This document shows, piece after piece, positions 30,278 through 38,665 of a stretch of 64,000 bases of DNA. The notes under the pieces were generated by a model. It was not told the origin of the DNA. It worked only from the letters and a program-made list of their open reading frames with translations, and searched no databases. The DNA comes from a bacterium. GTDB lineage: Bacteria > UBA8248. Numbering within the stretch: position 1 is the stretch's first letter; each line of letters starts with the position of its first letter. The translations under genes were made by a program, and so were the position numbers. The DNA lies in the NCBI GenBank assembly GCA_965203325.1, contig OZ241875.1, positions 2,784,001 to 2,848,000 on the forward strand. The letters run 5' to 3'.

Positions 30278-30995
30278 ACCGAGAAATCTTGAGAAAAGAA
30301 GAATCGTTCTCACCGGGGCTTCACGGGGAATTGGCCGTGTGAGCGCGCTTCGTCTCGCAAAGGCAGGCGCGAGGGTTCTTGCCGTCTCGAGGGATGCCGA
30401 TGCCCTGGCGAGATTGGCTTTTGATTCAAAAGGGTACGTGGGGCAAATTTTGCCGCACAGTTGCGACGTGACGAAAGCCGATGAGGTGGAAGCACTCGGC
30501 GAAATGGCTGAAAAACGACTGGAGGGCGTGGATGCCCTGATAAACAATGCGGGTTCGGGCATTTTCAAGGATATCGAAAGCCTCTCGGTGGGTGAATTTA
30601 ACGCTACGGTTTCAGTGTGTCTCACCGCCCCTTTCATGTTGACGCGGGCGCTATGTCCCATGTTGGAATCGGCGAATGGTGAGATCATAAATATATCTTC
30701 TATTAGCGCTGTATCGGGATTTCCGGGAGCGTCGGCATATTGCGCCGCAAAAGCCGGTCTTGAGGGGCTCTCCAGAGCATTGGTCGAAGAATTGAGGCCC
30801 AAGGGGATACGCCTTACCATCCTCCGGCCCGGAGCCTGCGCAACGGACATGTGGAAATCCATTCCGGGGGAGTTCGATTTTGAGGCGATGATCCCTCCCG
30901 ATTTGGTGGCGGAAGCCATAGAGTTTTTGCTCTCTCAGTCCCGTAGGGCCTGGACGGAATCGATGGTGGTTCTTCCCCCAAAAGGCACGATTTAG
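30264..30995 (+). CDS. Short-chain dehydrogenase/reductase
   Basis: TGASRGIG, NNAG, YCAAK; overlaps the end of the PTPS gene. Confidence 0.88.
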   Translation: MAFGEPRNLEKRRIVLTGASRGIGRVSALRLAKAGARVLAVSRDADALARLAFDSKGYVGQILPHSCDVTKADEVEALGEMAEKRLEGVDALINNAGSGIFKDIESLSVGEFNATVSVCLTAPFMLTRALCPMLESANGEIINISSISAVSGFPGASAYCAAKAGLEGLSRALVEELRPKGIRLTILRPGACATDMWKSIPGEFDFEAMIPPDLVAEAIEFLLSQSRRAWTESMVVLPPKGTI

Positions 30996-31201
30996 CCAAT
31001 TCCCTCTTTTTCCCGGGAATCTGTTAGTCTGCGACGGGCATCGTCCAAGATGCAACACAAAGAGTGTCGAAGGCGCTTGTTCAACGGGGTGAAAAAGGGT
31101 AATAAATTTGACGCTGCCGCTTGGCGAATGGGAGTTCGCAGCATTTCCTGTGAGTGTGCGATCTCGAAATTTTTTTCATCATTTCTTCAGGAGGTTGGTC
31201 G

Positions 31202-31501
31202 TTGAGCATTATTCGATATGAAAATCTCGATGTCGAATATGAAACAGAGACTGGAGGTTCCATTCTTGATGCCGATTTGGATAACGGCATCGATCATACT
31301 TGCGATTGCGGCGGCAATTGCGCCTGTTCAACTTGTAAGGTGATCGTGATTTCCGGGGCCGAGTTGCTCTCTTCGCAACAGGAAGACGAAAAAGATACGC
31401 TGGATGCCTATGGATGGAATCCGGATGAATATCGTCTGGCTTGTCAATGTGTCGTCGAAGGAGAGGGCCGTATCGTATTAAATATGCCTGAACCCGAATA
31501 A
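31202..31501 (+). CDS. 2Fe-2S ferredoxin
   Basis: CGGNCACSTC ... RLACQ; TTG start after AGGAGG. Confidence 0.88.
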   Translation: MSIIRYENLDVEYETETGGSILDADLDNGIDHTCDCGGNCACSTCKVIVISGAELLSSQQEDEKDTLDAYGWNPDEYRLACQCVVEGEGRIVLNMPEPE

Positions 31502-31519
31502 AATTTAGCGCGGCGGTTT

Positions 31520-32155
31520 TCAAGTTTTGTTCCATGCGCGAACCACCGAATCGAAATCAACCATACCCTCACGCAAGAGTTTTGGCTTCTCCCCTCTCGC
31601 GTCCACGATGGTGGAAGGCCGTGTGTTTTCAAGTCTTCCGCCGTCCAGAACCAGCTCTACTTCGTTTTGAAATCGGGATAGAATTTCCTGTGCGCTTTGG
31701 AGAGGAGGCTCGCCGGATATGTTCGCGCTCGTCGCCACGAACGGACCGAAGGACATGGCCAGAATGCGGCATAGCGCTTGTTCGGGCATGCGAACGGCGA
31801 CGGACGAACCCTCTCCGGTCAGCAGGGTGGACAGAAAGGGGGATGCCGGCAGCACCAGGGTCAAACCCGAAGGCCAAAGAGAATCCATCAGGGCCAAGGC
31901 GCGTCGCGGGATGTCGCAGGCGACTCTTTTCAGCTGATAGAGGCCCCCGATGAGAATGGGCGCGCCTTTCTCGTCTTTTCTCCCCTTGGTTTCATAGAGT
32001 TTCTCGATGGCTTCGGGGTCGAAAGCGTAGGCGCACAGCCCGTAAATCGTATCCGTGGGCAAAGCGACGATGTTTCCCGAATTCAGTTCTTCGCCGGCCT
32101 GTCGAATTACTTCTTTTTTTGGTGAATCAGGATCCACCGGGAGGATTTTACTCAC
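31520..32155 (-). CDS. tsaC: L-threonylcarbamoyladenylate synthase (Sua5/YrdC)
   Basis: PTDTIYGL, KGR, TSANISG, PSTIVD. Confidence 0.9.
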   Translation of the reverse strand: MSKILPVDPDSPKKEVIRQAGEELNSGNIVALPTDTIYGLCAYAFDPEAIEKLYETKGRKDEKGAPILIGGLYQLKRVACDIPRRALALMDSLWPSGLTLVLPASPFLSTLLTGEGSSVAVRMPEQALCRILAMSFGPFVATSANISGEPPLQSAQEILSRFQNEVELVLDGGRLENTRPSTIVDARGEKPKLLREGMVDFDSVVRAWNKT

Positions 32156-32158
32156 CGT

Positions 32159-32788
32159 CTATTTTTTCCGGTACGTTCTTTTAGTGCGGCTCCGCTTGGG
32201 TCTTGTTTTTTGTCCGGAACTTTTTCTGGCGTCATTTTGTGGTTGTTTCGAACCGTCTTTTTGTGTTCGGGCGGGTGACGGAGAAATTTCTTTCTGCAGT
32301 TCGGCGTCCGCGGCCAGAACCCTCTCGGTTTGTTGTTGTGCGAAACGCCGGTATTCCTTCGCCAGTTTCGGGTCGGTCAAGGCGAGGATCCGGACGGCGT
32401 GAAGGGCCGCATTTCTCGCGCCGGGGCCGCCGATTCCCATCGTCGCCACGGGAATGCCGGGGGGCATTTGCACTGTCGAGAGGAGAGAATCGAGCCCGCC
32501 GAGTGAGGAACTGTCGATGGGAACGCCTATCACGGGCAGATCCGTAGCGGCTCCGACGACGCCCGCCAGGTGCGCCGACATGCCCGCGCCCGCGATCAAC
32601 ACCCGGATTCCGCGCTCGGGCGCCGTTTTGACGTATTCATGTACGGCGTCGGGCGTGCGGTGAGCCGATAATACTCTCATCTCGGAGGGAATGTTGAAGG
32701 TTTCAAACGCCTTCGTGGCTTCTTCCATCACCGGTTTATCCGATGCGCTGCCCATCAGTATCCCGACCAGGGGTGCTCTTGTGGCCAA
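32159..32788 (-). CDS. purE: N5-CAIR mutase with basic C-terminal tail
   Basis: MGSASD, SAHRTP, AGMSAHL, STVQMPPGIPV. Confidence 0.95.
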   Translation of the reverse strand: MATRAPLVGILMGSASDKPVMEEATKAFETFNIPSEMRVLSAHRTPDAVHEYVKTAPERGIRVLIAGAGMSAHLAGVVGAATDLPVIGVPIDSSSLGGLDSLLSTVQMPPGIPVATMGIGGPGARNAALHAVRILALTDPKLAKEYRRFAQQQTERVLAADAELQKEISPSPARTQKDGSKQPQNDARKSSGQKTRPKRSRTKRTYRKK

Positions 32789-32803
32789 AAGGTTCTCCTA
32801 ATT

Positions 32804-33193
32804 TTATTGGGGGATGAACGCGAGCAGTTCGATTTCGAGTTTCGCGCCCGCGATGATTTTCGCCGCCTGAAACGTCGTTCGCGCCGGGGGGTCTTCCGTC
32901 CCGAAGTACTCCTCGAACACGGCATTCATTTCCCCCAGATCCGCCAGATCTTCCATGAAAATGGTCACTTTTACGGCGTTTTTGAGCGCCGTGCCGCCCG
33001 CCTCGCAAACCGCCTTGAGATTCTCGATGACTTGGCGCGTCTGCTCGGCCACGCCGCCCGGGACGAGTTCCCCCGTCTTAGGGTCGAGGGGCAGCTGCCC
33101 CGAGCAGTGAAGCCACTCCCCCACCTGAACCGCCTGTGAGAGCGGCACCTTGCCCGATGCGGCCTTGTCCGTATGAACCACTCTTTTCTTCAT
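32804..33193 (-). CDS. RidA/YjgF family enamine deaminase
   Basis: SQAV, SGQLPLDP, PPART, EIE; AGGAG RBS. Confidence 0.88.
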   Translation of the reverse strand: MKKRVVHTDKAASGKVPLSQAVQVGEWLHCSGQLPLDPKTGELVPGGVAEQTRQVIENLKAVCEAGGTALKNAVKVTIFMEDLADLGEMNAVFEEYFGTEDPPARTTFQAAKIIAGAKLEIELLAFIPQ

Positions 33194-33347
33194 GATCGCT
33201 CCTGTGCGCCTGAAGCGTGACGCCCCATCAAAACACAAAATGAGGCCCGTGGGTATCTTTCGCGGGGTTTTTCGGCATCCAAAAGGTAACCTTATATTTA
33301 TCAGTCAGTTAGATCGCATCCCCTCCGCTCTCGGGGCGAGGCTCCCC

Positions 33348-33590
33348 CGCAATTGCCCGCATTTGCCGTTATCGCGTGAGGCGCGAGCATGGCAGAATTC
33401 CCCTGCGCCGCGACCCGGCTGCGTCATTTCCCGAGAATTTAATTTTCATTTATTTATCGAAAAACATCGGGAATTTATCTGATTTTATCGAATTTTTCAG
33501 AAATTCCATCGGCGCCGAACGAGCCGCCCGGCTCCGCCGTCACACCGGAATCCCCCGAACCCGCGCGAACGGCAAATGCGCGAGATTGCG
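33348..33590. repeat. 29-bp imperfect inverted repeat around an AT-rich core
   Basis: CGCATTTGCCGTT (33358-33370) versus AACGGCAAATGCG (33568-33580), with further matching flanks. Confidence 0.6.
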
Positions 33591-33745
33591 CGCGCGGACT
33601 TCCGGCGAAACGCAACCGATCACCCCTTCCCGCCTCGGCGCCGTCTCTCACAAAAAACTGGCCCCCCGCCGCCACGTTGTGTTATCTTGCTATCTTGGTT
33701 GGCGAGATGTTTTTCAACAGCCTATCACGAGGGAGGACTCAAATC

Positions 33746-34738
33746 ATGGCAGGAGTACGCCATCGGCAGCATCCCTTCGACACCGATTTCCATCTCACCC
33801 CCGAGCACAAGGAGCAATTCCGGCGCGACGGCTTCGTCAAACTGGAAGGGTTCTACAACTCTGAAGTGGTCGAGACGCTGCTTGCTCGTGTCGAAGCCGA
33901 AATGGACCGGGGGGAGGCCGACAGTTTCAAGGCCGATGCAATGTTCAATCGAGCGAAGTATGACTTCGCAGGCGAAATGGGCGACGTCTATGAACTGCTG
34001 GAACGGCCTTACTTGCGAAGGACTCTTACGGATCTGGTCGAATGCGATCTCTTTTTGACTTTCGAGCAGTGCTTTGAAGTCGAAAAGAACGTCAGCAAGG
34101 GGTTTCCCTGGCATGTCGGCGCGCAGAGCTTCGGCTTTCAACCCGCGGAAGAATTCGCGTGCACGCTGTGGGGGCCGCTGCATCCCGTGGATACGAAGGG
34201 CCAGCGGGGCGGGATGGCTTATGTCCCCGATCATGTCATATCGGGCGATTTCATCTTCCACCAGATCGAGCCGGCGATTGTCTCGACGCTGGAGGCCAAG
34301 GAGCAAGCCGGCGTCAGGACGAACGTAAATGAATATTTCGACATGCGTTCGGGGATCCTCAATTCACCGACCATGTGCGAGATACTCGAGAACCACCAGG
34401 TCGAAGACGATTTCGAGCCCGGCGACGCGCTCCTGTTCAACAAAATGGTCGTCCACCGAAGCATCATGCTCGGTGAGGGTGCGCTTCCCAGGCGCGCCGC
34501 CTACGTGATGCGTTTTATCGATGCGGGCTCGCACTACGATCTGGAGCGGGCGCGGATGCTCGAATTCCCCGTGGAAATGTACGGAAAGGGGTTCTTCCCG
34601 TATAAACCTTTCACCCGTCAGCACATCGAGATCGCGGAAGCCGGAGCGAGCGACGGCGACCTTCTCGCGGAATGCGCCTTTTTCGACGAACGTGATCGCC
34701 GCACGATCCGGCGCGAACGCTCTCTCCAGGCCGGTTGA
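33746..34738 (+). CDS. PhyH-fold Fe(II)/2OG enzyme with H-x-G, candidate halogenase 1
   Basis: EQFRRDGFVKL, PWHVG, PGDALLF..VVHRS, RRAAY; GGAGG RBS. Confidence 0.8.
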   Translation: MAGVRHRQHPFDTDFHLTPEHKEQFRRDGFVKLEGFYNSEVVETLLARVEAEMDRGEADSFKADAMFNRAKYDFAGEMGDVYELLERPYLRRTLTDLVECDLFLTFEQCFEVEKNVSKGFPWHVGAQSFGFQPAEEFACTLWGPLHPVDTKGQRGGMAYVPDHVISGDFIFHQIEPAIVSTLEAKEQAGVRTNVNEYFDMRSGILNSPTMCEILENHQVEDDFEPGDALLFNKMVVHRSIMLGEGALPRRAAYVMRFIDAGSHYDLERARMLEFPVEMYGKGFFPYKPFTRQHIEIAEAGASDGDLLAECAFFDERDRRTIRRERSLQAG

Positions 34739-34767
34739 ATATCGCCGGCGGAAACGCGCAGGAGGAC

Positions 34768-35781
34768 ATGATGAACAGCCATCCTTTCGACAACGAGTTC
34801 CTCATCACCCCGGAGCAGAAGGAGCAATTCCGGCGCGACGGTTTCGTCAAACTGGAAGGGTTCTTGAACGATAACGTGGTGGAGGCGCTTCTGAATCGTG
34901 TCGAAGTCGAATTGAGCGGAGAAGGGGCCACCAACTTCAACAAATCTCGTTCAGCGGAGCTTCTCGACATACGAACGACGTATGACTTCGAGATCGATAA
35001 ATCGGAAGTCTATGAACTGATGGAACGGCCTTATTTCCGGCGGGCTCTGACGGATCTGGCCGAATGCGATCTCTTTCTGACTGCCGAGTTGTGCTTTGAA
35101 ATCGAAAAGAACGTCAGCAAGGGGCTCCCCTGGCATGTCGGCGTGCAGAGTTTCGGCTTTCAGCCCGCTGAGGAATTCGCGTGCACCATTTGGGCGCCGC
35201 TGCATCCCGTGGATACGAAGGGCCAGCGGGGTGGAATGGCTTATGTCCCCCAGAACGTCATATCGGGCGATTTCGTCTTCCGCCAGATCGAGCCGGCGGT
35301 TGTCTCGACGCTGGAGGCCAAGGAGCGCGCCGGGGTCAGGACGAACGTAAATGAGTACTTCGCCATGCGCGAAGGAATCCTCAATTCGCCGACCATGTGC
35401 GAGATACTCGAGAACCACCAGGTCGAAGACGATTTCGCGCCCGGCGACGCGCTCCTGTTCAACAAGATGGTCGTCCACCGCAGCATCATGCTCGGGGAGG
35501 GAGCGCTCCCCAGGCGCGCCGCCTACGCGATGCGCTTTGTGGATGTTGGGTCGCACTACGATCTTGAGCGGGCGAAAAACCTCGAATACCCCGCGGAACA
35601 GTACGGGAAGGGGTTCTTCCCGTATAAACCGATTACCCGTTTCCACATTGAAATCGCGGAAGCCGGAGCGCGCGACGGAGACGTTCTCGCGGAATGCGCC
35701 TTTTTCGATAACCGAGAGCGCCGCACGATGCGGCGCGAACGGGACTTTCGACCTGAATCAAAGGAGCGCGTGGAACGATGA
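34768..35781 (+). CDS. PhyH-fold Fe(II)/2OG enzyme with H-x-G, candidate halogenase 2 (tandem paralog)
   Basis: Same motifs; long near-identical DNA stretches shared with gene 1. Confidence 0.8.
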   Translation: MMNSHPFDNEFLITPEQKEQFRRDGFVKLEGFLNDNVVEALLNRVEVELSGEGATNFNKSRSAELLDIRTTYDFEIDKSEVYELMERPYFRRALTDLAECDLFLTAELCFEIEKNVSKGLPWHVGVQSFGFQPAEEFACTIWAPLHPVDTKGQRGGMAYVPQNVISGDFVFRQIEPAVVSTLEAKERAGVRTNVNEYFAMREGILNSPTMCEILENHQVEDDFAPGDALLFNKMVVHRSIMLGEGALPRRAAYAMRFVDVGSHYDLERAKNLEYPAEQYGKGFFPYKPITRFHIEIAEAGARDGDVLAECAFFDNRERRTMRRERDFRPESKERVER

Positions 35782-36965
35782 AACACGACCGTCAGATGGC
35801 GTTGCTCGACAGAATGCTTGAACTCCGCGGGCGACGCGAAGACCAAACGATTTACGACAAGGTCTTGCATCTGCCCCTGGACGCCTATACCAGCCAGGAG
35901 GTCTTCGAACGCGAGCTCGAGACGTTGTTTTTCGACAGCCCGCTCGTAGCCGGGCACATGGACGGCGTTCGTGAGCCTGGCAGTTACATGCTCAGCGACT
36001 GGACGCGACAGCCGTATTTCGTTGTCCGGGGCGAAGACGGCGTCCTTCGGGCATTTCTCAACACCTGCCGCCATCGGGGCGCGCCGCTTATTGTCAGGGA
36101 GAAAGACGAACCGCTGCGGGCGCTGGTTTGCCCGTTTCACGGGTGGACATATGGCCTGGACGGCGCACTGCGGGGTATTCCGCGATCATTCGGCTTTCCT
36201 GACATCGACAAGCGGGACTACGGCCTGAAAGCGTGTTCGGTGGCGGAAAGCGCGGGATTGGTATGGGTTCACCCGACCCGGCAGGAATCGTTCGATCCGG
36301 CGCAGGAACTGGGCGCTTTCGCGGAAGATTTCGCGGAGTTCCGTCTTGAGCGTTTTGTCAGCCACCGAAGGGTCGTGACGGAGAAAAAGGCCAACTGGAA
36401 GCTTCTTATTCAAATGAACCTGGAAGGCTACCACGTTGCGCATCTGCACAAAGGAACCCTGGCTCCGAATTTCCGCGAAGGTTTTTTTTCTCACGACGCG
36501 GAGGGGCCTCATCTGCGCGTTATGGCAGCACAAACGAACTTGCCTGATGCGGAAAACGTCCCGGAGAAACAGAGAAAGCTTATCGACTTCGTAACGCTTT
36601 TTTATGTTCTGTTCCCCAACACGATTTTCATTGTGCGCAAAGACACTATTTTAATCAGCAGGTTCTTGCCGCTGGCCCCGGATCGAACGCTCTGCTCGCA
36701 GGAACTGCTCTATCTTCCCGATAAATACGTCGGGGAGTCGGGGCAGAAAGCGTTGCGCAACCGCCTCCTCTACGCGGAAGTCACTATGGACGACGAAGAT
36801 TACACGATGGCGGAACGGATCCAGGCCAACCTGCTGAACGGAGTGAACGAAACCCACATGCTGGGTCTCGAGGAAGGGCTCGTGATGGTGTTTCAGGAGA
36901 TAGTCAGCAAGAGGTTGGCCGCACGGGAGTCCGCGACCGCAGACAGCTCCCGGCGAGGTTGTTGA
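35778..36965 (+). CDS. Rieske non-heme iron oxygenase alpha subunit
   Basis: CRH...CPFH Rieske motif, NWK, EGYHVAHLH, DED; ATGA overlap with the upstream gene. Confidence 0.9.
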   Translation: MKHDRQMALLDRMLELRGRREDQTIYDKVLHLPLDAYTSQEVFERELETLFFDSPLVAGHMDGVREPGSYMLSDWTRQPYFVVRGEDGVLRAFLNTCRHRGAPLIVREKDEPLRALVCPFHGWTYGLDGALRGIPRSFGFPDIDKRDYGLKACSVAESAGLVWVHPTRQESFDPAQELGAFAEDFAEFRLERFVSHRRVVTEKKANWKLLIQMNLEGYHVAHLHKGTLAPNFREGFFSHDAEGPHLRVMAAQTNLPDAENVPEKQRKLIDFVTLFYVLFPNTIFIVRKDTILISRFLPLAPDRTLCSQELLYLPDKYVGESGQKALRNRLLYAEVTMDDEDYTMAERIQANLLNGVNETHMLGLEEGLVMVFQEIVSKRLAARESATADSSRRGC

Positions 36966-37257
36966 CCGCCCCTTGACTTGAAAAGCACCCCCCCCTACCC
37001 CCCCCCTTAACAGGGGGGTAAAAGCAGCGCCCCCTGACGAAGGTTTGACTCATCCGATGAAAGAGCAAGATACACTCCCCCCACCGACTCGCTTGCGGGC
37101 TTCGCCCTTACCTCGTCGACTCCCCCTCAAGGGGGGAGTGAATAAAATTCTTCTCGGTGGAAAGAAGGTCCTCCCGACAGGGGGGAATAAAAAAGACCCC
37201 CCTGACAAGGGGGGGTAGGGGGGGTTGCTCTTTTGAAAAAGGCTTTTTCAACAGTCC
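36957..37257. mobile_element. MITE/REP-like nested palindromic element
   Basis: Ends GGTTGTTGA / TCAACAGTCC; inner C-rich and G-rich inverted arms (about 36981-37018 versus 37197-37234); central ACTCCCCCTCAAGGGGGGAGT hairpin. Confidence 0.6.
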
Positions 37258-37269
37258 TTCGCGCGCGGC

Positions 37270-38169
37270 CTAGCGAATTCCGTGGCTTGCCAGGTATTCC
37301 CGGACCATCGCGGCGCACTCCTCCGGCTTTTCCACCTGCAGGAAGTGCGAAGCCTCGGGCACGAAGTCGTAGTCGACAGCCGTTGCGTGACTCAGGTCGA
37401 AAGTCGGCAGGTACGCGAAGGGCAGCGTGGGATCAGCACCGATGACCTTCGTCGGGCAGGTCAGTATCGTCAGATCCAGCAAAGGCGAGAAGCTCCTCAC
37501 ATATTCCGCGATCTGGGCCTCGTAATCGCGCGGGCAGCGGAGTTCGTAAGCCTCTCCGTCGGCGCTCTTGCGAAGGGTCGACCGCGCTATGAGATCGCGC
37601 ACCCCCGGTAAGACGCGGTTGTATCCGGGAACGATGGCGAGGATTTCGGCTAACTGCTCCCGGCTCTCGAACCGATCCGCCCGCTTCCGGGTCATCGCCG
37701 CTATCCGTTCCGCCGCAGCGTCCCATTCCGCCTCTCTCCCGGCGGGTTTGCACAGCGGCGGATCGAACAGAACCAGCGCGGAATAGGCGTCGGTGAAGGA
37801 GAGGAGCGTCACAAGCGTCGAAAGGGAATGAAACACGCCCACGGTCGGTTTTTCGCCGTATTCCCGGACGATGGCGTCGAGTATGAGGTCATGGTCGGAA
37901 ATCAGCGCCGGAATGTTGTGATCCCGCTGCGCGCCGACGCTGTTCCAGCCATGGTTCCTGAGGTCGTAGACCATCAGGTCGAAATCGTCGGCGAGCAGCG
38001 ACCAGAACGGATAATAGGGATCGACCGCGAGACCGTTGCCGTGGGTCAGGACGAGCCGGGAACCTGCCGGATTGCCGTGTCGCCGCACCGTGGCCATAGC
38101 GTGTTCATCGAGTCGAACCTCGCACGTCGAAACGGGCTTGGGTATCGTCCAATGCGCTTCTTGCGCCAT
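37270..38169 (-). CDS. Alpha/beta hydrolase (SupD-like)
   Basis: HGNG, DLRNHG, FHSLS nucleophile elbow, SHFLQ. Confidence 0.85.
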   Translation of the reverse strand: MAQEAHWTIPKPVSTCEVRLDEHAMATVRRHGNPAGSRLVLTHGNGLAVDPYYPFWSLLADDFDLMVYDLRNHGWNSVGAQRDHNIPALISDHDLILDAIVREYGEKPTVGVFHSLSTLVTLLSFTDAYSALVLFDPPLCKPAGREAEWDAAAERIAAMTRKRADRFESREQLAEILAIVPGYNRVLPGVRDLIARSTLRKSADGEAYELRCPRDYEAQIAEYVRSFSPLLDLTILTCPTKVIGADPTLPFAYLPTFDLSHATAVDYDFVPEASHFLQVEKPEECAAMVREYLASHGIR

Positions 38170-38210
38170 ATCCGAAGGCCTGGCTGCGCTCGAGCGTCGA
38201 GGAACGCCGA

Positions 38211-38438
38211 TCAGCCGCGCGCGTCGATATGATCTGCAAGTTCCTGCAAAGTCTGGAACTTCGAGAAGTCCTCTATGGCCAACCCGAGGCCGAACTCCTC
38301 GTTGACGAGTTTGAAGAAGGCAACCGCCTCCATCGAGGTAACCTCTATTTCGCCGAGCTGGGCGTTGAAATCCGGCTCATGGCCGATGTCGAAACTGCTC
38401 GCGATGATCTTCTTGATGCGATCCTGTGTTGCCGACAT
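38211..38438 (-). CDS. Free-standing acyl carrier protein (second SupB-like copy)
   Basis: 75 aa, LGEIEVTSMEAV, EEFGL, TLQEL; AAGGAG RBS. Confidence 0.8.
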   Translation of the reverse strand: MSATQDRIKKIIASSFDIGHEPDFNAQLGEIEVTSMEAVAFFKLVNEEFGLGLAIEDFSKFQTLQELADHIDARG

Positions 38439-38665
38439 GAGTGTTCACTCCTTTTCCAGTGGTAGCGGGCGCGAGCGGTGGCAGCAAGCGCGAGATTCTG
38501 AATTGGATACGTGCCGCAAAACCCGTATCTCAATCATAAGTGAAGCACCCGCATCTTGACAAGCCTCCGGCCCCTAAGGCGCAATCGAGGGCAGCGGCGA
38601 TGAGTTCCGGGGCGAGTTTCCGTAACCTGGCCTCCATTCTTTCTCGTTTGTGCGGGAACGAGCGG

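Noticed and set aside
31900..32100. Artificial join at the window midpoint explaining the GC shift
   Set aside because: The tsaC ORF reads through intact.
36957..37257. CRISPR array
   Set aside because: The repeats are inverted and nested rather than regularly spaced direct repeats, and no cas genes are present.
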